In this document: piece after piece, positions 1-12,900 of the stretch
Layout of the letters: each line of letters begins with the position of its first letter
Numbering within the stretch: the stretch's first letter is position 1
Origin: Octopus vulgaris
Lineage: Eukaryota
Assembly (NCBI GenBank): GCA_951406725.2
Contig: OX597816.1
Span: forward strand, 113,026,001-113,090,000
Direction: 5' to 3'
DNA: 64,000 nucleotides
Made by a program: the position numbers and the translations under genes
Notes under the pieces: model-generated
Told to the model about the DNA's origin: nothing
What the model saw: the letters and a program-made list of their open reading frames with translations, nothing else
Databases searched by the model: none

Positions 1-29
1 TTACTTTTTTTTTTTACTTCTTTATGCAG

Positions 30-30
<1 letters not shown>

Positions 31-81
<51 letters not shown>
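31..81. repeat. (TA)n microsatellite
   Basis: Uninterrupted TA run. Confidence 0.98.
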
Positions 82-84
<3 letters not shown>

Positions 85-933
85 CACACGTGTCTTTGGC
101 TGTGCTTAGGTTTACTGGGGTACACATGAATGCATCCCTTTATGTGACAGTGTAAATAATCAGTTTGATAGAGAGAATATTAATAAAGTAAGTACCAGAC
201 AAAAATATATACTGCAGTCAATCATATTGACACAAACCCTTGGAGACAATATCCTTATATGGTTGCAGTGCAATGAGAGAAACCTGCAAATGAATAAAAG
301 AAAATATCATGTCATTATTATTCTTGAGTTGATCTCTTCTTCGAATAGTAATAAGTTCATTTCTATATTATTAGCATAAGTACAGTCCTCAACAATATGT
401 CTCTTTAGGTATTCTTTAAAGGAATTATCCATTGAAATGTTTGTAATAAGCAGAAAGTCTAAATTTAGCTCAATAGAATTAGTTGTTTGTATTGCCTGAT
501 ATATTCAGTACTTGTGTAATCTTCTGGGTCATGTATATGTTTAAGGATGAGTTAGGTCATTGTTTAGAATGAATGCTGCTTTATTCACTAGCTTCTTCTT
601 AATCATGTGTGCATGTGTGTGTGTGTGTGTAGGTAGGTAGGTATATGCACCATCATTATCATCATCTTAATACCCACTATTCCATGGTTACATAGGTTGG
701 ATGGAGTTTTTTTTAGGCAAATTTTCTATAAGCAATTATTTTTCTTGTTACTAAATCTCACCTATTTCCAATCAAGGCAATATGCCACCAACAACAGGTA
801 TGTTTTTACAGAATACAGATAATGAATGGCATTGCTTGTATGACAGTGATTCTCATTTAGAAGTATCAGATAATGTCAAGACAAAGAGTTACTAACATAT
901 AATTGCTCACACTCACATATATATGTGTGTGTG

Positions 934-974
<41 letters not shown>

Positions 975-990
975 TAGATAGATTGATATA

Positions 991-1530
991 TCATCATTAT
1001 CATTTAATGTCTGCTTTCCATGCTGGCATGGGTTGAACAGTTTGAATGAAAACTGGCAAGCCAGAAGGCTGCACCAGGCTCCAATCTGGTTTGGCATGGT
1101 TTCTACAGTTGGATGCCCTTCGTAATGCCAACCACTCCAAGAATGTAGTGAGTACTTTTTGTGTGCCACCAGCTTGGGAGCCAGTCAAGCAGCACTGGCA
1201 TTGGCCATGCTCGAATGGTGTCTTTTACATGTCACTGGCACAGGTGACTTTGCAAGCACAGCATATTGCCCAGCAATTGAAGGATGCTTTTAAATGGGCC
1301 AGCTATGCGACACTAGCATTGGCCATGAGTACAAATTCACTTGACTTGCTGGGTCTTCTCAAGCACAGCACATCTTCAAAGGTCTCGGTTGCTTGTCATC
1401 ACCTCTGTGAGGCCCAACATTCGAAGGTTGTGCTTCACTACCTGCTCCCATGTCTTCCTGGGTCTACATTTTCCTCAGGGTCCCTCCACTATTAGGGTAT
1501 GACACTTCTCACAACTGTCCTCATCCAGCA
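991..1530 (-). mobile_element. RTE-clade LINE 3' end (ORF C-terminus, 3' UTR, (GAT)n tail)
   Basis: Reverse complement of the 3' ends at 9900-10130 and 51090-51248 (catcatttaatgtctgctttccatgctggcatgggttg...); 1440-1470 is the reverse complement of the GRPRKTW motif region. Confidence 0.85.
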
Positions 1531-1670
1531 GTGTGAAGATGTGTCACACCCTAACTGGATATACACTCATATGTGTTTGTTTATATTTGAGTTACTTTCT
1601 CCTCACTTTGACAGCTAGTATTGGTTTTTTTACGTGTGTGTGTGTGTGTGTGTGTATGTGTCAGTGTATA

Positions 1671-1775
1671 CAGGATGTTTCAAAAGTAACTAATGGATTT
1701 CGATTTTTAATAGCTTCCTTAACTTTACAAATAAATGCATCACATTTTGATACAATATAAAGGACATGATGGAAA
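1671..1775. mobile_element. Tc1/mariner terminal fragment (same end as 2655)
   Basis: TA|caggatgtttcaaaagtaact...aaggacatgatggaaa is a diverged direct copy of 2655-2758. Confidence 0.8.
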
Positions 1776-2345
1776 GTAGGAACTCTGTAATATGTACTAA
1801 ATATAAACTATGGGTGCACAGAATGTGCAGAAGGATTACAGGCGGACTCACAAGGAAGAAAACCTTGTTTTATAGAAGGGACAGAAGAATAGTTCACATT
1901 AAATGCCTTTGTGAAATAAAATTCTTTCAATTGTTTGCAAAGCTTACTGTAGTTGATAGCTTCTACCTAATTAATGTAGTTAATGAAGCTAGTATGCTAC
2001 TTTGGATATGTACTGTTAGTGTACATGAATAACACCTTAAACAGATAGAGGAAAAAAACTGGTTATGAAGAGTATTAGATGTAGTGTGGAAGAGAGAAAA
2101 CTGTATTGGCATGGACATGTAATATGTATGAGTGATGACAGTTGGGAAAAGAAGTCCAAAGAAATTCTTTTAGAAGGAACTTGCAGAAAAAAATGAGTGA
2201 GAAGTAGTGAAAGCTGATCTCAAGAGGCTGAAATTATATGGTGACAATCAGAGACTATAACAAATGGCAATGCCCCATTCTGGAGAAGACTCACTCAACA
2301 TAAAGCATAAAAAAGCAGACACAGAAATAATAATGATGATGAAGA
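1776..2345 (+). mobile_element. Old, decayed RTE LINE fragment
   Basis: RNSVICTKYKLWVHRMCRRITGGL and VVDSFYL resemble the copies at 8.8 and 49.8 kb; ends in an aatgatgatga tail. Confidence 0.7.
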
Positions 2346-2615
2346 TTAAAGGTGGGTGTTGTGGAGAGGTTCCTGATTTAGACTGTATGCTTGAAAGATC
2401 AGGGCTGAATAACAGAATACTTCTGTAAGGAAGAATCATAATTGTCAAATGTAAGCAAAATCAATAAAGGAGATTTGAAAAAAATCTCATTCAATGTTTG
2501 TAAATATTTTAAAGTGTTTAATAGGAATCCTCAAGTCATAACTTTTATTTTTTGTATGACAAGGATGTTTATTAGCTTTGTCATGGATTATACATACATA
2601 AACACACACATACAT

Positions 2616-2650
<35 letters not shown>

Positions 2651-2654
2651 CATA

Positions 2655-3397
2655 CAGGGTATCCCAAAAGTAACTGATGAATTTTAATTTTTAATAACTT
2701 CCTTAACTTTACAAATAAATGCATCAAATGTTGATACAATATAAAGGACATAACGGAAATTAATACGCACAAGTCAAATTTGCAACACTACTACATCACA
2801 TATGAAAAATGACAGCATTTAAATAGCAGCCCTTTTTGGTTTTGCACGCCCATGCTCTTTCCAAAAAGAGTTTCAGACACCACTTCTCTGATTTCTCTAT
2901 TGATGTTCCTCAGTTGCACCAGGGTCTCTGGTTTGTTGATGTAAACCCTCTCTTTCAGGTATCTCCACAAGAAAAAATCTGGGCTAGTCAAGTCTGGGGA
3001 ACATGAAGGTCAGTTGACATTGCTGTAGTGGGAGATTATTCTCCAAAACACTGCCATAGCAACTGCATTATTTCTCTTGCAGTATGAGCAGTAGCCCCAT
3101 CTTGCTCGAACCATGTGTGAGGTCTATTATGAATGGCCAGGCACAAAAAAGTCTCAATCATGGATACCTGAAAGAGAGGGTTTACATCAACAAACCAGAG
3201 ATCCTGCTGTAACTGAAGGAGAACATCAATAAAGAAATCAGAGACGTGGGGTCTGAAACTCTTGAGGGTGTTATGGTGCAAGTTTTGGAAAGAGTGTAGG
3301 TGTGCGAGCCAAAAATGGCTGTGATTTAAGCGATATCATTTTTTATATCTGATGTAGTGGTTTTGCAAAATTTGATTTGTGCACATTAATTTCCATC
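2655..3397 (-). mobile_element. Defective Tc1/mariner (DD41D/rosa-like) element with an inverted duplicate of its 3' end
   Basis: TA|cagggtatcccaaaag terminus; minus strand encodes WFEQDGATAHTA and SPDLTSPDFFLWRYLKERVY, with about 40-41 residues between the 2nd and 3rd Asp after frameshift repair; 3162-3397 is an inverted copy of ~2750-2963. Confidence 0.8.
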
Positions 3398-3444
3398 AAG
3401 GACATTAATAAACATGATGCTTATAATTAGGCTAATAATTTTTA

Positions 3445-3620
3445 ATTTTTCAAATTTTGGCACAAGGCTAACACTTTTAGTAGGAAGGGTTTAGTCAATT
3501 ACATTGCCCCCAGCACTTGCCTGGCACTCTATTTTACTGACCTCAGAAGAATGGAAGGTAAACTTGACCTCACTAATATTTGAACTTAAGCTGTAAAGAT
3601 TTGGAACAAATGCTGCAAGG
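3445..3620 (-). mobile_element. SINE family B, decayed
   Basis: Matches the reverse complement of 51872-52087. Confidence 0.7.
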
Positions 3621-3663
3621 CAAACCTCTTCATTCCTATTATGAAAAAATATTAATTAAGAAA

Positions 3664-3930
3664 ATCATCATCATCATCGTTTAACATCCATTTTCTATTT
3701 TGGCATGGGTTAGACAGTTTGACAGGAGCTGGCAAGCTAGAAGATTGCACCAAGCTCCACTGTCTGTATTGGCATGGTTTTTACAGCTGAATGCCCTTCC
3801 TAGTGTCAACCACTTTACAGAATGGACTGGCTATTTTGTATGTAATACCAGCACTGGCAAGGTCTGTTTGGCATAATTTTTGGCTGGGTGTCTTCCTAAT
3901 GCCAACCACTTTACTGAGTGAACTAGGCAC
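3664..3930 (-). mobile_element. RTE LINE 3' tail with internal tandem duplication
   Basis: catcatcatcgtttaacatcc... start; the ggcat..ttt...ccttcct...caaccactttac block occurs twice. Confidence 0.75.
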
Positions 3931-4934
3931 TTCAGTTTCCATGCATAAATAACTGCCATTAATGTAATATCTACCATAAAAATATGTAGTTATGTCTCAG
4001 CTTATACTTTCTCTTAAGTAGAATTTGCATGAGGGCATTGTCTCAACTTTGGATATTACAAATCCTTGAAAATATTAATTTGAAGCATACATGTGTGTGT
4101 CTATCTGTCTGTGTGTACACACATCATTTACCATTCAGTTTTCCATGCTGGTATAGGTTAAACAGATCATAGTGTCTCATCCTCTAAATTTAATGCTGCT
4201 TTAACCATTTTCTGCACAAACAGCTCTTGATAAACAGTTACATGTCGTTTATCATTCCTCACTTCTTTGCAAAATTTAGAACCCTGTCAACTGTCTCCTA
4301 TAGCTCAAGTTCAAGAACAAAATTACCACAAATATATTCATAGATTACACTTAGCTATAAGGAATATCCACCTACCATTCACATTTTTCATGGTTTATAT
4401 ATCCCTGTTAATATATTTCCTCTAACACTGTGCAAGTTGGTATTTACAGAGGTACCATTCAACTTTGATCTTTTTAAAATATTTCCTGTCTCATTTCCTT
4501 ATCAAAACTGACTATTAGATAAACTAGTTGAATGGCTGACTTTCTGAAGTTTGTGCTTCAGAAAATAAAACTTTTTTGTCACATTAATATTTTAGTTGTT
4601 TTGCATACTACTGGGTTATCTGCACATACATGTTGTCCACCGTTACATGGATACATTAAGATAAATATTCTATAACAAACCTAAGTTGTATTTTCTGTAT
4701 ACCCTACTACTTTTTTTTTTTTGTTTCTTTTCATATTACTAATTTAGAAGATTGATAACTTATCACATCAGTGTATCTCTATGAGTCATTTCTGAGTAAA
4801 ATCAACATGTCTCCTTTACTAATCTTCCTTTCATTGTTTCTGCATTAACACATGGTATTAATCGTGTTAGATGAGATGAAGAAGTAAATGTTGAGGTCAA
4901 TCAGTATACGTCTAGCCTTGTCACTTAAATTTTT

Positions 4935-5147
4935 TGTTATCATTTTTCTTTAGATATACTCTGCTTTTGTTTCAAATAATTTTTTAAAGAATTACGAATT
5001 TAGTAAAGTAACTTAGTTGTTACTAAGCTGGTATTTGGAGCTTAAATGAACATAAAATTTTAATGAAAGGTTTAAATTTAGATCACTTACAAGTCTGTAT
5101 CATAGAAGCAAGGATGATCCCAAATAGGTTAGTATCAAAAAGGTTAA
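4935..5147. mobile_element. piggyBac-like MITE (second copy ~22555-22790)
   Basis: Ends tatcaaaaaggTTAA; the similar sequence near 22.6 kb ends tatcaaaaggttgaa. Confidence 0.45.
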
Positions 5148-5219
5148 AATGTAGTATTGAAATATCAACCTAATTCACTAATTTGTGTCATGTAGAAACT
5201 ACTGAGAAATTCTCAACAT

Positions 5220-5378
5220 AGTCATTTGACCTACAATAAATAGCAGACAAATCTTCTTCATATCACACTTTATAGTCTTAAATATAGGAAACGACATATT
5301 TGATAATATAGTCCATGATACACCTAAAACAACTACATACCCATAGATAGATGACTTGAGGTTAAACAACAGCAACTA
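5220..5378 (+). mobile_element. Dispersed repeat with aaacaac tail (likely SINE 3' part); related copies ~15290-15420, 36250-36500 (-), 47530-47730, 58960-59110
   Basis: Shared aaatagcag-caaatct...tcacac...gtcttaa...gatgact-ggg-taaacaac pattern. Confidence 0.55.
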
Positions 5379-6246
5379 AATAAAAGCATGTGTATGTTTG
5401 TTAATTTGCATTTAAATGTGGCTAGGATTTTATCGTTGCATGCTGTTTCTGATAAAAGTCACTGATGAATCTCACTTGGTGATAGTGTGGGTTTTGTTCT
5501 GTCGAGATGTGACTGAAAACTTTTGAAAAAGATTGTCTTTATTATGATTTAAGGATCCAAATTCTTCATTTAATAAATTAAGATAAGACAAAGTCTGAAA
5601 ATTAATGAATGAATAAACAGGAGGAAAAAGTGAAACAACAGGAATGATTAAAAAGTGATGACCAGAAACAGAAGTTGTGATTTGTGGAACCACATGAATT
5701 TTTGAAAGAGTAGTCATTGAGATAATATATAAATCTATGAAATTCCCCTTTTAAGTTTTGTACCAAAATGTTATATTAATTAATCAACTCAATCTTTTAT
5801 ATATACAGGCTCATATGCACTTATTAAACTATCTTTTAAATATATTTATTTTCACTATGATTAAACATGAAATGGCACTTTGGGACTTAAAATGTATATA
5901 CTTTGTATGGTGTTATCAACACAGCTTTCTATGGTTAAGAAGCTTAATTGACAACCAGAGGGTCCCAGGTTCAATCCCTTTGCATTGGACAAATGTCCTT
6001 TTCTACAGCCTTGGGTTAACCTATACCTTGTGAGTGAAATTGGGATGACAAAATTTGTATAGGAGCTTGTCAGATAGATTGTAACTCTAATTCAAAAAGG
6101 TACAGTCTTGTCACGTATTGTGTCATGCTGATTCTGTCTGAGAATTATATTAAGACTACACATATCTGTGCCACATACTAACTCAAGATCAAGGAATTTA
6201 TTTAATCAAAACAACCAAATCCTCATCAATTGACTGTCTGAGATCC

Positions 6247-6600
6247 ACTACTACCAATGACTGGAAGGTGCTAGTGGATTTGAATGAAAACCCACTCATG
6301 TTTCCAAGCCGTATTGCAATAATGAATTTAACAAAAGTCCTTCAAGCTGAGTAAATGATACGTTGAAAGCAATATGAAATGAAGCACATGAAAAGAAGAA
6401 GCTAAAATATGAAAAACTAAGGGAATTGTGCAAGATGCAAGGAAGATTGTGGTCAGTTCTTCCAGCTGAGATGTTTTAGGTTTGTTTATATCTCCATTAT
6501 GTCCCACCAAGTTGTCACTGGATTTAAGAAAGACAGAAAATGATTCATGAACTAAGTGGAAAACAGAAAATGCATCATCATAGATATGGCTGATGTATTT
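6247..6600 (+). mobile_element. HERO-like RLE non-LTR retrotransposon C-terminal fragment
   Basis: Translates NDWKVLVDLNENPLMFPSRIA...EAHEKKKLKYEKLRELCKMQG...VLPAE...ENASS*IWL, matching the DW.L.VDL...FP..IA / K..KY..L..EC...GW / AS.W.W pattern of HERO-clade C-termini; has stops and deletions. Confidence 0.7.
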
Positions 6601-6837
6601 GTGAAAAATTAAAGCTGAGAGTAAAAGACAGATATTCAGTTTATAGTAAAGGAAAAAGTAGTTGCTACATGGTTGGTGTGATTTCAGCAGTACCCAGTTC
6701 AGGATGGTGGCTGCATGGACGACAGAGTGGGGAAAGACATGCTACAGTCTAGGCCAAAAGAACTGAACATTCTTTGACAGCATTAATGCTGCTCAGTACT
6801 GTCGGAACAAGTAATATGGAAAGAAGGTGCTGAAACA

Positions 6838-7178
6838 GACGTAGGAGTGGCTGTGTGGTAAGTAGCTTGCTTACAAACCACATGATTTCGGGTTCAGTCC
6901 CACTGCGTGGCACCTTGGGCAAGTGTCTTCTACTATAGCCTCAGGCTAACCAAAGCCTTGTGAGTGGATTTGGTAGACGGAAACTGAAAGAAGCTCATCG
7001 TATATATATGTATGTGTGTGTATATGTTTGTGTGTCTGTGTTTGTCCCCCCAACATGGCTTGACAACCGATGCTGGTGTGTTTACAAAAGAGACTGATAG
7101 AATAAGTACTAGGCTTACAAAGAATAAGTCCTGTGGTCGATTTGCTTGACTAAAAGAGTAAAAGAGAGAGTAAAAAGT
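6838..7178 (+). mobile_element. tRNA-derived SINE family A (octopus OR/OK-type, CORE-like), near full length
   Basis: A box tggctgtgtgg, B box ggttcagtccc, ccttgggcaagtg CORE-like segment, internal (TA)(TG) tract, gagtaaaa tandem tail. Confidence 0.85.
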
Positions 7179-7411
7179 AAATTGTTGTAATTCCCAATTG
7201 ACAGCTGAAGAAAGGAGTCCATCAATGCAAGCTGTACAGAAAATACTGAATGTTTACATTGTAATATGTCAAGTATTAAGAGCTATTTATTTGCCTGCCT
7301 TAGGAGGAACACTCATTTGAGACTAATGCAGATAATGGCTTCATGTTCTGTTGGCTAGTATTTGGTTGGATTACATCTAGCTTGTCTTAAAGTTATTTTC
7401 ATAATATTGGT

Positions 7412-7621
7412 TTCAAATTTTGGCTCAAGGCCAGCAAGTTCAGGAGAGGGGTAAATCAATTACATCAACCCAAGTATTCAACTGGTACTTATTTTATTGC
7501 CCCCAAAAGGATGAAAGGCAAAGTTGACCTCAGTGGAATTTGAACTCAGAACATGAAGATAGACAAAATGCCACTAAGCATTTCACCCAGCATACTAACA
7601 ATTCTGCCAGCTCACCACCTT
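7412..7621 (-). mobile_element. SINE family B with target-site duplication
   Basis: Reverse complement of 51872-52087; flanked by agttattt(t)cataatattggt at 7391-7411 and 7622-7641. Confidence 0.88.
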
Positions 7622-8793
7622 AGTTATTTCATAATATTGGTATGTTCTTACATGTTGCAATCTGCAATATTTAACAAATTCGGTTTACAGAATTTCCTAC
7701 AGATAGATGTTAAAATAATTCTCTGCTCTCTTAAGAAAATCACATTTGATAAGTAAATTTCTCAAAATCATATTCTTTAACAATTTTCAGTGTTTTTGCT
7801 GTTAACACACATGCATGCACACACACACACACACACACACACATGTGCTCATATATAATATAATTTTGGAAATTAATCTTTACCAGCATAGTTTAAAGAC
7901 CTCTGTCAGACATTTGTAGCTTCATTTGAAAGATAGACTCAGCTGATCAAACATCACTGAGACATCATTCACATGGAAGCAATAATTAAGTTAGTGTTAG
8001 CATATTTAATGTAACGAACATCAAAAATCTAATTAGAAATACTTATGTGGTGAGGGGAGACACTATTACCTTACTGATAAATTTCATTCTAATAATTTTT
8101 GACAAGTACAGGAGAGAATTACAGATATCTTTAGATTTTAATAGGCCTTCCCAGTAAAGTGTAGATTTCTTGCTGAAGTAAAATAAAAAAATATACTTGC
8201 TGAAGTAAAATAATGAGAAAATCACTAAGTAGAAAAAAATACTAAGGACAAAACTGGAAAATTGGCTTATTTGAAAAAATAACAAACCACTGAGATTTCT
8301 TTCACAGAGAAGTTATCTGGTTGAAAAACAATAGTTAAGTTAATGCAATGTCTGGACGGTTTTTTTTTTTATTTTTATTTATTTAATCAGTTAGTCAGAA
8401 TTGGAAGGGCAGTGCCCATGATTGTTTTCAGATTTTCTAAGACCAATAAGAATGGACGTTGTCTGCTGAGTAGAAATCTGGTTTGACTCAAATGCTTACA
8501 ACAGAGTGGTCTTTGCTCAGTAAGCTCAGTATCAGCTGATGGTGCTAAATATGGAATGACAAATTAATCCTACCAACCAATAAGAGGACTATCCCCAACC
8601 CCGAAGAGACTTTCACACAATTTCTACCTGTCAAATTTTGCTCACAATGTTTTGGTGAACTTGAAACTTTGGTTGAAGACACTTCAATTTAGATGTTGAT
8701 TCAAACCTGAATGCAAGTAATTGCAAAGTGTATATTTTAACCATACACATATCCTTGCTCCTACTTTACTAAACAAAATGGTTAAAATATTAT

Positions 8794-10130
8794 TAGTCAA
8801 GTAGGAAAGCAAGCAAATCACAAATCTCCTCTTGTAGTTGGCCCTGCTTGATCTGTAGGAAAGGTGTAGGTAGAAATTCCATGAGATGTACCCAGTGCGA
8901 GCTATGGACACCTAAGAGGTGTAGCAATATCAGAGGAAGGTTAACTGGAAAAATAGGTTTTGTGTGTGAAAGGTGCACAGGTACAATAAACACTAAAAAT
9001 GTAATGTACAGAAAATAGACCCCATCAAATCCCAGTGGGGTACACCAGAGATAGTTGATATCTTCTGTCATCTAGGTCACCAAGTCAGTAGCGGAAGCAG
9101 ATGATCTGAGAGCATAGCTGGGAGAATAAGATTAGGCTGGGCTAAGTTCAGAGAGCTCCTACCTAAGAGTGAAAGGCAGATTGTATGATGCCTGTGTGCA
9201 AACAGCTGTGCTACATGGCAGTGAAACATAGGCTGTGACCACTAAGGACATGCGTAAGCTTGAAAGAAATTAAGCTAGCATGCTTCGCTGGATGTGCAAT
9301 GTCAGTGTGCATGTATGACAGAGTGTAAGCGTCTTGAGAGAAAAGTTGGGCATAAGAGGCATTAGATGTGGTGTGCAAGAGAGACGACTGTACTGACTGA
9401 GACCTTTGGTGATATGCCATGCTTGAGAAGACCTATCAAGCCAATTGAAATCATAGTCATGGCTGATGCTGGTGTCACATAACTGGCATGTAAAAAGCAC
9501 CATTCAAGCACTGGGCCTCACAGAGGCAATGTGGCTGATACTATTATCATGTAACTGGCACCCATGCTGGTATCACATACTTAGCATGTAAAAAGTACCT
9601 GTTGAGCTGGGCAATGTGACTAATGCCAGTGTTGCATAACTGGCACTTGTGCTGGCGATATGTAAAAAGCACCTATCAAGCATTGGGCCATACGGAGGCA
9701 TCTGGTACCCATGCCAGTGGCACACAAAAATCAGCTGTCAAGCGGTGGGCCTCACAGAGGCAATGTGGCTGTTGCCAGTGTCATGTAACTGGTACTTGTG
9801 CTGGTGGTATGTAAAAAGTATCTTTCACGCTTTGGATCTCACAGAGGTAATGACAAATGACTGAGAACTTTGGAAATAAGCTGTGCTTGAGAAGAAGACC
9901 CATCAAGCCAACTGAAATCGTAGTCGTGATAGAAACTGATGGCACATAAAAGCGCCCATTACACTCCCAGAGTGGTTGGCATTAGGAAGGGCATCCAGTT
10001 GTAGAAACCATGCCAAATCAGACTAGAGTCTGGTGCAGCCCCTCAGTTTACTAGCCTGGGTCAAACTGTCCAACCCATGCCAGCATGGACAACGGATGCT
10101 AAAATAATATGATGATGATGATGATGATGA
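8794..10130 (+). mobile_element. 5'-truncated RTE-clade LINE with PHD-like finger, internal deletions, repetitive 3' UTR and (GAT)n tail
   Basis: WPCLICRKGVGRNSMRCTQCELWTPKRC...FVCERC, then LYDACVQTAVLHGSET and MLRWMCNVS; tail gatgatgatgatg at 10111-10130. Confidence 0.9.
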
Positions 10131-11559
10131 TTGAGCTTTTCCTCACTGCTAAATATTTAAAATTAGATTTGGGTGTTTTTTTGTTTTATTTTGCTTAGTA
10201 CACGAAATATGTTCACACTATCTTAGCTAATTAACTTTATATACAACTAAGACAATTTTATGCAAACTAAAATGAGAAAAACTTTGTGTCTTCATTACAC
10301 TTTAAATAAACTACCTAAAATATATATGATTTTAATAAAACTGGAAAAAATAAATTTGAAGGAACATAAGCCATAGCAATAAAAGAAACATTCATTACAT
10401 GAAAGTAAACTTACATGTAACAAAGTTTGCTTGCTACTTTCATGGAAACTTGTCAGTACAAGTTTCCATGAAAGGAAATTTGTATTGAAATTAAGAAACC
10501 TAAAGATTGCAATAATATTGAAAACAAGTATTGACTTATATTCCCCTCTACCCTTAACCACACCTCTCCTTTATTTTTAATTCTAGAGTTTCCTTTTAGA
10601 AAGTAAACATTATTTATGTAAACTTTTCAGATTGCAAATATATAAGTTTGAATGATTAAAACTTCTAATTTAGTAACTTTGGGTTGTTAGTCTAGTAATA
10701 GGAAGGAAAATTGGAAATTATCTTAGATAAATTCTGATATGGTGATTAAAGCTAACTGCATTTCACTTATAGCTTTCATATGACTCAGTATATCTGAAGT
10801 ATCCTGTTACATTGCATTCATTGGCAATGTAGCTGTACACTAAGGCAGTGTCCTTTTCATTTTATAGTAAATAGATGACCCATTGTTTGGTTTATGTGGG
10901 CTGAAAACGGAAGTCTAACTGAAAATAGGTAATTTAACTTTGTCTACCAACTAGCTATGACTAAACGGTTGAATTCTGAATACTTTAGCTGATAGGTGTG
11001 TCTCAAACAGAATCTAAATTCTCATGACTACTCTTTTAAAATTTTATTGCCTAGTCTCTTATCAATAAACTGACGTAGTTTTTATATTTCTACTGAATTA
11101 CATATTTGTTTCTCAGATTTCAATCATATTTGAATAAGGAGTTTGTTATGAGCTAATTTTATTTCCTTTTTTGAATACATGAAGTTATATCAGAGCTTAA
11201 TATTTAAATATCTTTTGCTTTTATTAATTTCTTTTTATATATTAAACTTCTCAGCTAAAATGATTTACCTAATATCTCTAATATCAATTTAACTATCTTG
11301 AAAACTGTAAAGTTAACTGTAACCTATATCTTGAAATAACTGCTCTAAAAAAAATTCTATTGCTTAGTCAGATAAGGTCAAATAATATTCCTGACCTCTT
11401 TGCAGAACCACTCAGACTGATGGGTTGGGAAGAAAGTGGGAAAGAAACCATGAATCATGGGTTGTTGCAGTAGGAAGCAGCACATCAAGATATCCTGTTA
11501 TACTCAGACTAAAGATCTGGTTTGAATGTGGTAGCCAGGTGGCAGTCTTAAACTATGTG

Positions 11560-11752
11560 ATGGTTTAAATCTACCAGCTAACAACAGGTGCACTTTATAC
11601 AAACATCTTTCTCACTGTTTTTGTGTACCCAGGTTTCAGTCACAATCACATCAGCAAAATCTCAAAGCTATGATATAATATGTGATTAATTTTAAAGGAT
11701 GTGGATAAATAAGCATTACTTTGACAGAGTAATCTGAATGCTAAAGGGTTAA
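11560..11752. mobile_element. piggyBac-like MITE right end
   Basis: Ends aatgctaaagggTTAA; similar to 18777-18992. Confidence 0.6.
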
Positions 11753-12900
11753 ACACCAGTTTCTTATATATTTTTTAGTGTTAATAAGATAAATGATAAT
11801 TTTTAATCTATCCATAGTATATAGTCTTATTTTCATATTTGTGTGTGAGCCATTGTCAACATCACTTCACGGAACCATCCATCATCTGCAACAATCACTT
11901 AGGTTTTATTTTCAATATTTCTCTTCTGTAGCTTAGATGATTAGTAAACATTTTTGTATTATTTTCTTTTTTGTGTGTGTATCAATTGTTCATACATTGT
12001 CATTTAATATTTTGACTGCATCATAAAAAAAAAGAAATTATATTTGTTCACTTCAAATTAAATGTAATTGTTTCTCAGCTTCTGCATTTAAATATGTGTC
12101 AACTGGTACACAACAAATTTTGAACAGATATTAATATTTCATTTCAAGATCAATTACTTGCTGAATGACATGCTATTATATTCACAGGGGTTTAACAAGG
12201 TGTTGAGCTCAAGTATTGCAAGTATCATAGAATGCAAGCAATCATTTATTGATGGGCAATTTCCTTTTGGACATATCTCATAAAGGTTTCCTCATATTAC
12301 AGAAGAGCTGTGGTCATAAAATCTTGCTCAATGTGGAGTTACATAATGCAAATCATATTTTCCCATTGTCTTCCATTTTCATTAACCTCTATGTTACAGT
12401 GAAATCAGTGGAAAAATAGGTTTCATGTTATGCAACTCTATATACAGTAATATTTTCAGAAGCACAACACTTCTGTAAAAACAGGCCTAACTGTACTAAA
12501 TTAAAATACTGTGTAACTCAACATTTCAATTAAGATGTAACTCAATGTTTGTGAAAAGTTCATCTTTTAGGAACTAGATACTTTTATTTGCAACTGTGCT
12601 CTTACAATTCAATTGCTAATCATTTTTGAAAATAACTAAATTATAGAAAGTTCTTTTATCTAACTACAAGTTTACTAAAATACTTTTTTTTTTTTCATTT
12701 CTTTGAATGGTTGCTATCTAGAAAATACAAATTTAAAGATCTACCATTTCACAAAGTGGGACTCTTACCCACAAAACTTGATTCTGTTAAAACATTTCTA
12801 CATAAATGTATTGATAGTTTTATTGAACTAAATTGAAAAAATATCAGAGTTATTATCTGGATAATGTTCATCTTTGTAAAGGTTATTTATAAATATATAT

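Noticed and set aside
5455-5525. CTGATGA...GAAA possible hammerhead
   Set aside because: The candidate stem II (atctc/gagat) is not directly followed by GAAA, and no stem III or cleavage site fits.
6838-6910. tRNA gene-like sequence
   Set aside because: Has A and B boxes but no proper cloverleaf; it is the head of a multi-copy SINE.
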